Shown here piece by piece: positions 24,113-34,455 of a stretch of DNA of 64,000 nucleotides. Each line of letters starts with the position of its first letter. The first letter of the stretch is position 1. The stretch is from positions 6,492,761-6,556,760 of the forward strand of contig SMSO01000031.1 of NCBI GenBank assembly GCA_004764695.1. The letters run 5' to 3'. This DNA comes from Schizochytrium sp. TIO01. Its lineage: Eukaryota > Protista > Bigyra: Labyrinthulomycetes. Under the pieces are notes generated by a model. That model made no database searches. It was given only the letters and a program-made list of their open reading frames with translations, and was not told the DNA's origin. Position numbers and translations under genes: made by a program.

Positions 24113-25666
24113 TTACTTCTGAATTAAAAGAGAACCTTGGCGGTGAACAGCCCAGCGCTCCTTGTACAAGTTCCATAGCTCACGCAGAGCCCGGACATAT
24201 TTCTCGTGGTACTTATCAACTAAGGCGACACCTTCTGCGGTTGTAGAGAGAGCACGGCCCTTTAATTCATCCGGGATCTTGGGAATCTTAATTGGTTTAC
24301 CCACCACGACAATGATAGGCTTGCGGTGCGGCATGAGGCCCATGTTGTATTGGAAGATACCTCGTCCACTAAAAATTGGAGTCGCAAAGCCAAGCTTCTT
24401 TCGAACGAACTCCTGAACATTTCGTGCCCAGGAGTTGGGTGGTAAGTAGACGGTATCGAAGACATCATTCTCACCAAATCCTAGAACAGGAACAAGATCG
24501 GCACCGTTGTCAAGTGCAACACGGACGAAGCCCTTGCGACCAAGCGTGAGACGATATGTACCAGGTTGCGAGTCAAGGGATTCTGCAGCACCACCTACGA
24601 CAAGCATGATAGCTGACCCAGGTCCGCGCTGGAGAATTTGATTGCATGACTTCTTGGCGGCAGAGCAGAGGCCCATATACAGCAGAAGCTCCCGAATGAT
24701 TGGGCAATAAAAGTTGATCTGCAAAGTAAGAAGGCGCAAGTCAATGCCTGGAAACTTGCGCGAGAAACCAGTGGAATCAGTTGCGAAGTTACCAAAGGCA
24801 CCAAGCGAAATGATCCCGTGCGGGTGGTAGCAAAAGACATATTTCCTGCGCGGATCAAGGGGGGTTGTACGGATGAGGCGCAAAGGGAAATAGTTTGCAA
24901 AGTGGCGCCACATTTTCCAATAACGCATGAACGGCTTGCGCTTACCAGTCTCATGCGACTTGTCAATATACATAATCCAGATAAGGTATGAAAGTGTGGG
25001 AAGGGTCGTGAGTGGGAAAATGAGGAGGATCAGGGTCCAAGAGTAGACTACCATAATCATCGGCAAAAGCATAACGAAAAGCAAGACCACTGCAGTTTGC
25101 TTGCGTCGAGCTAGCGGAACGTCCCAAAAACTAACCGAGTGGATCTCCTTTCCAAAGAAGACCCGCGCCACAAATGATACAGGCCAAAAGAGGATCGAGA
25201 GGAAGACGTTAAACACGCGAAGTGCAATAAGAACAGGCATCCACGCAAGCATTGAGTACCAGGACCCAGGTTGTTCTGCCCAAGAGTCCTCCTCGCGCCA
25301 TTCCTTCTCAAGACGCAAGAAGAGTTCGCGCTCTTCTTGCGTGAGTTGTCTTTTGGACGATTTGTTGTACGCAGAATCCCGCTTGCCTGGACTGCCATCC
25401 ACACTGTCCGCAGGGTCCAGAGCAGGCTCAGATCCTTCGCCTTCGGACTGAGCGTAGTCTCCAGAAGACGAATAACTTGAAATAGAGCCCATGGATGTGC
25501 TGTAAGGCGTGTTCAGGCCTGTAGGAGTGTTGCTTCCATCCTCCTCCTCGCCATAGCCTTGCTTGAGCTTCTCTACGCGACGACGCTGGGACACGCTGCT
25601 CCGACTAGACACCCCATTGCCAGTTTGCTGGCGAGCAGGAGGAGCTTTAGCGGGGCTTGAAGACAT
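24113..25666 (-). CDS. DGAT2: Diacylglycerol O-acyltransferase 2, 517 aa
   Basis: YFP, HPHG, GGAAE, RKGFVRVA, LVPVLGFGEND and VVGKPI motifs; disordered N-terminus and TM segments. Confidence 0.95.
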   Translation of the reverse strand: MSSSPAKAPPARQQTGNGVSSRSSVSQRRRVEKLKQGYGEEEDGSNTPTGLNTPYSTSMGSISSYSSSGDYAQSEGEGSEPALDPADSVDGSPGKRDSAYNKSSKRQLTQEERELFLRLEKEWREEDSWAEQPGSWYSMLAWMPVLIALRVFNVFLSILFWPVSFVARVFFGKEIHSVSFWDVPLARRKQTAVVLLFVMLLPMIMVVYSWTLILLIFPLTTLPTLSYLIWIMYIDKSHETGKRKPFMRYWKMWRHFANYFPLRLIRTTPLDPRRKYVFCYHPHGIISLGAFGNFATDSTGFSRKFPGIDLRLLTLQINFYCPIIRELLLYMGLCSAAKKSCNQILQRGPGSAIMLVVGGAAESLDSQPGTYRLTLGRKGFVRVALDNGADLVPVLGFGENDVFDTVYLPPNSWARNVQEFVRKKLGFATPIFSGRGIFQYNMGLMPHRKPIIVVVGKPIKIPKIPDELKGRALSTTAEGVALVDKYHEKYVRALRELWNLYKERWAVHRQGSLLIQK

Positions 25667-27462
25667 GGCGTCAAGAAGTTTCGTATAAGGCGACGAAGGT
25701 AGAGGTGACGGCTTTGATAGTCTCTGCAGATGACAACGTGAAGTGATGCCACGAGCTAGTGTTTCCTTCAGTTAAGCGCCCCCAGCCACTTTCGAACCTA
25801 GAGATACCAATGCTCGCAAGAGCTCCTGTCGAAGCCTGCGCCAATGGGTGTACTGTAGTTCCTTTATCTGCACGCAGGAGATACCTGCAAAACCAAACAG
25901 CTGACTCGCTGCCTCCGCTGAGTCCTCTTGAGCTTCTTCCTCAACAAGAAGATCAGCACCAAGAGGCCTCTGGATCAGAAGAGCAGGGCCCCCGAATCAG
26001 AGCCTCAGGCAGGCAGGCAGGCAGTCCGTCCTGGCAGTAGGCCTCGCTCCGGAATCCAATCCCGTGCCCGGGGACTCGAGTCTTGTCTGCAACGGGACTG
26101 CCCTCTCTTCTTTCGCGTCGTCGTTGACGCCAAAGAAGAAGAAGAAGAAGAAGAAGATACCTCCTGATCAAACAAACAAACGAGAAATGTGGAAACACGT
26201 AAACAGAAAGAAGCAGAAAGAGAAAAAAGAAAGAGAGAGAAAGACTCTCTCTCTTTCTCTTTCAGTTTCTTTCACCCAACAAATAAAAGCCTTTCAAGTT
26301 CTATATTCTTATGAAAGAAAGAGGAGAGTCAAATATACAATCTATAAATGTCTATATTTTATTTAAAAAATAATTATTAACTTTTACAGTTTGGCTCCCT
26401 TGAGCCTCAAGCCGGCTTGTCAGAAGTTACTGTCTGTTAGTTCTCAAAGAAGCGCGGCGCTGAAGTTCCTTTTAAAGAAAGCGGGGCGTGCTTACTATGG
26501 CCTTTAGCGATGCTCTCACCTGAGTTCTACAGTATCTTGAGCAAAGAAATGTCGATACTTTCTTTGATTTCAGGAGTGGAGACTGATTTTTAGGGCCAAA
26601 TAAATAAATAAATAAAATAAAGACAGCTTTCTTTGGTCTCTTATTTTTCGTGCGTAACAAAAAATAGCTTTAAATAAAGTTAAAATTAAATTTAAAAGGA
26701 AGGCTTTTCGAAAGCTAACTTGAACAAAAAACTAACTCGACATTAATTTATTTTCATTCTTTCCTTATCATTGCTGCTTCAGAAAACCTTCGAAATGGAT
26801 GGATGCTCTGTGCATTACAAAGTGCCACCACTCAGGAGAAAGTAGGCACGGGCTTACTCGTGATGGTAGGTACCTTCGAATTTCTGATCGCAAAACAGAT
26901 GTCAAAGTTTTTTTTTTTTTAAATTAAAAAGAATTATTTTATTGATTTTCTACGATCGATTTTCCATCTTAGCACTGGGTTAGTAGCTAGTAGGAACTTC
27001 CTAGGGTTTAGGTATTGGGTTTGCGTTCTCTTCAAAGTTTCCTTTGAGCTTGCAAGTACGTAGTTAGGTAGGTACGTACCTAGTGTTATTTAGTTTCACG
27101 ATTGAAAAAATATGATATTAAATAAACAAAAACAAAAAATCATTTTAAAAACAAAACAAAAAACATTAACGATTGTTTAAAGGCCATGAATTAGATATTA
27201 GTCATTCATTATCGTTCGAGTCGCTTTTGGGTCACGTTTATAGTCTGAAGATCCCTTTCGCAATCACCGCCTTCTGCTTTGATGGGCACTTACGCATCGA
27301 TGCGCTTCTGCTCAGAGGCCTTGATGGACACGCGAATGGATGAACAGTCAGATATCTATCTGCCTATTGATTGATTGGTTGAGCTGAGTGAATGAATGAA
27401 CCCAACGGCGGATCTTATCCTCTTTGACTCGTGAAAGCTTTCACTGTTTCTCAGGTATCGTC

Positions 27463-27660
27463 AACAAACAAACAAACAAACAAACAAACAAACAAACAAA
27501 CAAACAAACAAACAAACAAACAAACAAACAAACAAACAAACAAACAAACAAACAAACAAACAAACAAACAAACAAACAAACAAACAAACAAACAAACAAA
27601 CAAACAAACAAACAAACAAACAAACAAACAGATAAACAAACAAACGAACGAACGAACGAA
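27463..27660. repeat. Long (AAAC)n microsatellite grading into (GAAC)n
   Basis: About 40 perfect AAAC units. Confidence 0.97.
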
Positions 27661-29427
27661 CTCAGTCTGAACAAAGGCAAAAACAAAAACAGGTTTTATG
27701 TACGTATGCATGTTTCATAACTATTTATTTCTGGCAATACACAACGATGACGCAATACACAACGATGACGAAAGGGCGCTTGTTGGAAAACCAAGGGACA
27801 AAAATCGAACAAGAAGAACTTGGCCGCAGACCAAAGACCCGTGAACTCGCCGGCACTCGCCGCCTTCGCGGACGCAGGCAGAGCGCTCTTCGAGCCCAGA
27901 ATGCCCGGGTCCTTGTCTACCTTCTGCCAGCTGCCGGCATAAACGGATGCATGCGCAAAATACAAAACACCAAGTCGGCACTACGTGTACAGTTTCCCAG
28001 TTCCTGAGATGGCGACGTCGTTGAAAGCAGTCCTTGAGAGGGCGGTTTCTGCAATGACACGGAGCTGAAGACGTAGACACCGCGGATACTAAGCTTGAGC
28101 AGGTGGTGCAAGGGGCTCATGATGAAAGCATCCAAGCACTCAGTCGCGGGAATGGTGATTGATTGATACCTTGGGTGGTAGGTGTCACGCCGCTTAGGGT
28201 CAAGTCCTTTGGAGATTGTGAACGCAGGTGTTACTAAGAGGATGGTGATCGTGGGTGTTGTGGATGCAGATGAGGACACGGTTGAAAACCTCGGCAAAGG
28301 TCTTAGAGGGAGGGAGGGAGGGAGGTATGCACACAGACTTAGGAACCTGCTAGGTGGCAGATGACATCATCATCGTGGTGGCGGAAACGACGACACATGC
28401 GAGATTTCAATGGGTAGACATTGGAAAGACAGAATTGGTAACTAGGTAGCTAGGTAGCTACCCTGGTAAGCTTCGTTTCCATGACATCGGATGGTGTACC
28501 AGGGAAGTGAAGGTCAGTCAACATCTGTGAACTCGAAGAAGTGCCAGCTGTAAGGCGTTTGACGGTGATACAACACGGGAAGCCCAGAGACTCGGAATCA
28601 AATCAGACCAAGATATCCGAAAGAACGCAATGCCATGTTTATTAACGTGAAGCTGGACAAGATTTCTGCACTTTCGAGATTTATGTTTTGGCGAAACGGT
28701 CTGCGCCTCAGGGGAGGGCGCTCGATAGTTACTTCCTATGCAGGTAGTTTACCAAGCTTTTTCATCATGGTACTTGGTGCCAGGTGCGAGGCGAGTCTTT
28801 GCATGGTATAAACGCCCAGGTGTGTGGCACCCTAAAACCTGCACGGGCTTGAAATGACAAAATACAAATAAAAAATTTACTACTTAACGTCATCCAAAAC
28901 TCACAGCAAGTGATACCGCTTGCTGTAGGAAAATGTTTCTTGTTTCTTCCCCCCCCCCCGCAAACCTCATTAACCACAGCAGGGAAAGCTCCATCTAGTC
29001 GGTATTGATGACTGTCTCCTTAAAAAAGAAAAGGAAAAGGGATATGAGAGCAAAGTAGCGAAAGTGAAAGGTGAACAGACTCTGCGAAACGAAGAAAGAC
29101 GAGATGCGAGTGACTTCTGTGAGGTTCAAAAATAAGAAGTGTACTCATGGGTTTGAAGTATTAGTAGATGAATGTGTAACGCAAAAAAAAAAAATGTGAA
29201 GTTTGGTTAAATGGATAGCCAAATGATACTTTGAAAAGCCAGTAATGGAAGTGAGTATAGGAGCTACACAAAGGTACTAAAATCTAACATTAACAGCTTT
29301 CAGTCCTGACATTGCCGGCATTATGAAAATTAGCGAGCGAGCAATCATACAACGCCAGAGTCATCGGTGTGGACATTGCAACCGACAGTTATGGTGCATA
29401 GTGAATTGATCCCGAGCGGGACGGCTT

Positions 29428-30916
29428 CTACCTGCGACGATTTTTATTACTCCTGGTCGATTTAAGAGGAGCAGTGCGTACATTAGAGTTGCTAGTACTT
29501 CCAAAGCTGTTCGACTGTGGTGTGGAAGGAGGAGCTCCACTGCTGCCTCCAAAAAGCGAGCCTCCAGTGCCTGAAGATCCAAATAATGAGCCTGACGTGG
29601 ACGATGCTCCGTTCGTGGCCGAGGTGCCTCCAAAGAGACCTCCCCCAGAGCTACCCGTTGCATCGCCTGTGCCAGATGTTGCGGTGCTTCCACCAAAGAG
29701 ACCTCCCCCAGTTGCCGGCGTTGCCGCAGGGGCGGCTGCTGTATTACTATTACTACTATTGCCAAAAAGTCCACCAGAGCTTGCGGCTCCAGGAGTTGCT
29801 CCTCCCGCAGATCCTCCAAAGAGACCGCCAGAGCTTGAGGAAGTGTTTCCTGCAGGTGCAGGTGTGGAGGACCCAAAAAGACCTCCTGAGCTTGTCGAAG
29901 GAGCCGGTTGCGTCGTGCTTGCTCCACCAAAGAGTCCTCCTGAGCTCGTTGAGGCTGCAGGCTGCGTCGTGCTTGCTCCGCCAAAGAGACCTCCCGAGCT
30001 CGTTGAGGCTGCAGGCTGCGTCGTGCTTGCTCCGCCAAAGAGCCCGCCTGACGATGAAGTTTGTGGCTGCTGCAAATTCGTCTGTGCTGTAGCGTTATTG
30101 TTGTTATTGTTCTGCTGCTCGTGGTGAGCTGGTCCTGTCCAAAGTGCGGCCTGCTCATCAACCTTGCGTAGAAGCTTTCTACGACGTTCGCGCTCCTTGT
30201 TATCCTCTTGCTGGAAGTCTCTAGGCACGTCCCCATGGGCCATAACATGCCACTCCTTATACTGCTCACGGAGCTCGTCCATTTTGTCATGCATTTCTGC
30301 AACGTTTGCTGCAATGGCCTTAAAGGTCTGGTGCTGCTGGCGGAGGATAGAAACGATGACTTGGATGGGGGCTCGGTTTCGAGATGTGGTCTGGCTGGTG
30401 AGAAGTAGCGAAAGCTCCTTTGTGCGGGCGTCGTATTCCTGGAGACGCTGTTCGAGGGACTGAAGCAGAAGCCAGAAAAAGTCTGAGGGCACGCCCTTAT
30501 TGGTGGTGAAGCCGCCCGGGTGCGCCATGCGTCTTGCCTCGTGCAGAGCGTCATCAACCGCCTTGAAAGATCTTGCGTCCGCCTTGAGGCCCAGCACCAT
30601 TTCCTCTTGCCGTTTGAGCGAGTTCCGCAAATGCAGCACGTTCTGGTCCACCTGGGCAGTCTTCTCGAGCAGCTGCAGGGCTTCTGCGTTTGACTGATTC
30701 AGCATATCACGCAAAAGACGGCCCTGGCGATTCATCTCAACCTGCTGCTCAAGAAGCTGTTGGTGTAGCGGCTCAGGAATCACACCCTCGCGGAAACAGT
30801 CTGCAGAGCTCTTGGCACCTTCAGGAATTCGAGCAAACTTGAGCTTGCTCGCATCAGCATATTGCATCAGCTGCAAAGCCCCTTCAAAAGGAATCTGTTG
30901 GGGCATTTGTTGCTGT

Positions 30917-30948
<32 letters not shown>

Positions 30949-31443
30949 TTGACCTCCGAAGAGGCCTCCCCCAGCAGTGTTGTTGTTATTATTATTAGCG
31001 CCGCCGAAGAGACCGCCTCCGCCACTGTTATTATTGTTGCTGGAACCGCCAAAGAGACCACCTCCACCTCCAGAGGTGTTGCCAGAAGACCCAAAGAGGC
31101 TAGAGCCAGAGTTGGTGTTGTTGTTGGTGGATGATCCAAAGAGACTACCTCCGGAACTGCTGGGGTTCGTGTTTGAAGAGCCAAAGAGACCGCCAGAAGT
31201 GCCAGTAGAAGTGTTTGAGGAGCCAAAAAGGCCGCCAGAAGCATTGGCGGAGTTAGAGTTATTTGTGGTGCCGAAGAGACCGCCGCCAGAGGTTGTTGAA
31301 GCAGTTGAGCCACCACCAAAGAGACCACCTGAAGAGCTCTGGCCAGACGGGGCGGGAGTGCTGGACCCGAAGATAGAACCCCCAGAGGTTCCACTGCCGC
31401 CAAAAAGACCCCCGCCAGAAGTGCTACCGCCGAACATGGACAT
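29428..31443 (-). CDS. FG-repeat nucleoporin, Nup58/Nup49-like, 671 aa
   Basis: GGLFG repeats on both sides of a central coiled coil (PSDFFWLLLQSLEQRLQEY...QHQTFKAIAANVAEMHDKMDELREQY); three tandem ~18-aa repeats at about 29880-30050. Confidence 0.8.
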
Positions 31444-32065
31444 GGCTTAGCAGCGAGAGCCTACGAACCTAAATAATGCGTGAACCGATGGATGAACGTG
31501 TGGATGGATGAGGGCACCGAAGAGGCCCAGATACAGCCTACAAGAAGACGCCTGATCCCCGAGCGGCGCTCCCAGAGACCAAGTCACACTCCAGAAAGTG
31601 ACAGAGAAGGCCAGCTCGCGCCGCCGCCAAATACTCTGCGGCCTGCGGAGACTCGCTCGGAGCGGTATGTTTAGATCGCTTAGCTCCACAAAACAACAAA
31701 CTGTCGTGGCCCTCCTCTTCACAGCCTTGTTCCCAATGTTCTATAAGTTCTACATCATCCAGATGTTCTATCTCCCCAAGGTTCTCTAGAGCTAGTACTT
31801 TTCGGGTCCTTCGAGAGGCTCTTCAGGACCAACTGCCCTTCGCGTTTGTGTTTGGAGTTCGAGAAGAAGAATCGGTTGACAGCCACTCAACTCATGGCGA
31901 TGACAGGTTTAGAGCTGTGGTCTTGATCGCTGGAATGCGCGCACAAGGCGGTGCTATAGCATCTGCGCCCTCTGCAAACCGGTACCACTTCGAAGCTGTG
32001 CTCCGAATTGGGAGCGTCCAATTTCTGAATTATTTGCGATTCCATACGTACAGAACATGAGCATT

Positions 32066-32142
32066 GCGTGGCGTGGCGTGGCGTGGCGTGGCGTGGCGTG
32101 GCGTGGCGTGGCGTGGCGTGGCGTGGCGTGGCGTGGCGTGGC
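32066..32142. repeat. (GCGTG)15 microsatellite
   Basis: Perfect pentanucleotide array. Confidence 0.97.
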
Positions 32143-32586
32143 AACCCATCCGCGAAGAAAGTCCAGGATTGGCTGCGAAGATGTCTGAAAAACATTGGAC
32201 CTTGGGCAGCTTGCGTGGGCGGGCTCTTCGCCGGTGCTGACAAAGGCTCCACGAGGATGAAAGATGATGCACCGTGAGTGAGTGAATGGTCTCAGTTGAT
32301 CTCGATTTGTCGGTACTACCTCTGCTCCCAGTGCCGCATTTACATGGCAAATGTAGTATATTACTTGTGAGATGAAATACACAAAACAAATCCAAGATGG
32401 CGGGATCTCTGCACAGAGGGTCCGAGGCACTCACTCTGCACGCCGCGCGACCTCCGCAACAAGGCGCTGCATGCCGCCAGCTAAAACGTCGCGACGCGTG
32501 GGTGCCAGAATCCATCGGCTCTGGCGCGAATTCTTGCCACCTCAAATCGTATAACCGCCGCTGCAAATGTTCACATGCACACAATC

Positions 32587-32732
32587 AATATACATGTACA
32601 TACATATACATATATATACAATATAATATAATGTATATATATACAATATAATATAATGTATATATATACAATATAATATAATGTAGAATATAATGTAATG
32701 TAAAATAAGTGTAATAGCGTATGATATGATAT
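32587..32732. repeat. AT-rich (TA/ATAAT) low-complexity tract
   Basis: Almost purely A/T with duplicated units, embedded in GC-rich flanks. Confidence 0.9.
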
Positions 32733-33016
32733 CGCGGATTCTAAACAGAGAGAGTGCCCGCAGGAAGCAGCGGAGTTCATGAAACCTTGAGTACCATCCC
32801 GAGCAAGTTGCGGTCGAACTCGAGACCACGAGACACCGTGAGGTCCTCCAAATCTGGCCCTTTCGGCGAGCACCGTCGACCTCGAAGGCCGACGGAAGGC
32901 ACTGTTATGACGGCCAGCGGGACTGCAACAACGAAAACTTGGCACCTCGCGCCTATCCCTCTTCGAGGCGCGACCTCGAGTGAACTTCGCACTTCCATAT
33001 GCTCAAGTTGCGCCGT

Positions 33017-34339
33017 TACAAGTGAAGTATACGCGCATAACCTACTTTGAGGAGCACCCGCAAGTGAACTATAGCGTGCCTCTGCGCCGCCTCTCGCTTT
33101 TTTTTTCCCTCGCCCAGACTCTTAGCCTTTCGAGTAGTGGGCTTCTAAAAGTACCTAACGACGCCAGCAAAAAGATTTTCCCGCCGCTTGTGCAAGCAGG
33201 TTCCCCGCTCCTACTGTAGCCTATGCGACTGTTAGCGATTCCCTCGCTAAAATAAAATACCCCTAGAAACGCCTTTTCGTACACGATGTGTTCGAAATTA
33301 CGACACAGGGCCACTAGGGGTCGGTTAAGCGTTGCTAGCCATCGCGGCAATTTTCCCTTGACGGCAAGAAATGCGACATACTTCACTTGCGGAGCGCAGG
33401 TAAAGTGGACTATTCTGTATAGCGCACTTGCGCAGCGCGGGAGGAAGTGAAGCAAACCCTGGCGGGGCTACTTGTGGGAAAAATCAGGGTTTTGGATTTT
33501 GGACAAGGGTGCGTGTGTATTAAATAAAACACGGAATTAGTGCGGAGAAGCAGAGCGTCTCTTCTTCGTGGAGTTGCTGCGGCGCACACAGTGGAGTATA
33601 GGAATACCCCACTGTACGGAGGGTTTGGTCTACAGTAGCCCAAAGAGAAGTATAGAGGAGCAAAGTGGAGTATCAATGGGGCTGTCTGTTTGAATGATCG
33701 ATGGATTGAGCGATCGATCGATCGATCGATCGATTCAAAGTCGGAGCCGCCGGCACGAGCCCGGCGCGCCAGCAGCTTCAGCCTCAGAGCGGTCTTCGGT
33801 CGGTCCCCCGCCTCCCAACTTCGACCGCCGGACAGGCGTGGAGGCGCGAAGTCCGGAGGACGTGGTGCACTGCTCTGCATCGGTCCCGGAGAGCGCGACA
33901 GAAAGAGAGACAAGAAAGAAAGAAAGAAAAGAAATCACTCAAATCTCTCAAATCATTGAATCGAAAGACAGAAAAGGAGGAAAAGAAGAAAGAGAGCGAG
34001 AGAGAGAGAGATCAAGCAAGCAAGCAGCGACATCCCTCTCCAGGCACAGAGGCAGGGAGGACAGAGGAGCGGGGAGAGAGAGACAGGACCCGGCAGCCTC
34101 CAGGCGGGACCCGGGCCTCCCAGGCAGGCGCGGAACCCACTTCTCTTCGCTGTCCTTTCTCTGTCTCGCTTGCCTGCTGACGGAGTAGGGCTAGGAGCCC
34201 AGGTAGCGAAATAGGTAAGCAGCGGGGCCTAGGCGGGCCTAGCAGAGCCTAACGAAGAAGAGAGCGCCTGGCGCAAGTGGAGTATACGGAGGATAACCCA
34301 TTTACGCAAGTGAAGTATAGAAAGGCGCAAGTGGAGTAT
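33017..34339. promoter_or_regulatory. Cluster of about 12 copies of motif (C)GCAAGTGRAGTAT(A) in both orientations
   Basis: Copies near 33017+, 33059+, 33378-, 33400+, 33418-, 33587+, 33604-, 33641+, 33661+, 34272+, 34305+, 34326+. The repeat is seen directly; a regulatory role is inferred. Confidence 0.6.
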
Positions 34340-34455
34340 TGAGGCCCAAGTAGAAAGAAAGAAATAACAACAACAACAACTATCAAACAAACAAACAAAC
34401 AAACAAACAAATAAACAAAGCGCAGACAAGCACGAGCTACGAGCGCGCCGCCGCC

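Noticed and set aside
26998-27025. TAGGGTTTAGG telomere-like sequence
   Set aside because: Fewer than two full units; not an array
27424-27720. ORFs made of KQTN/CLFV repeats (also the ATPRH, SQSV, LLA and CFALL ORFs elsewhere)
   Set aside because: Translations of microsatellites
33017-34339. Motif array as a CRISPR array
   Set aside because: Repeats are only about 14 bp, in mixed orientation and irregularly spaced; eukaryotic context with no cas genes
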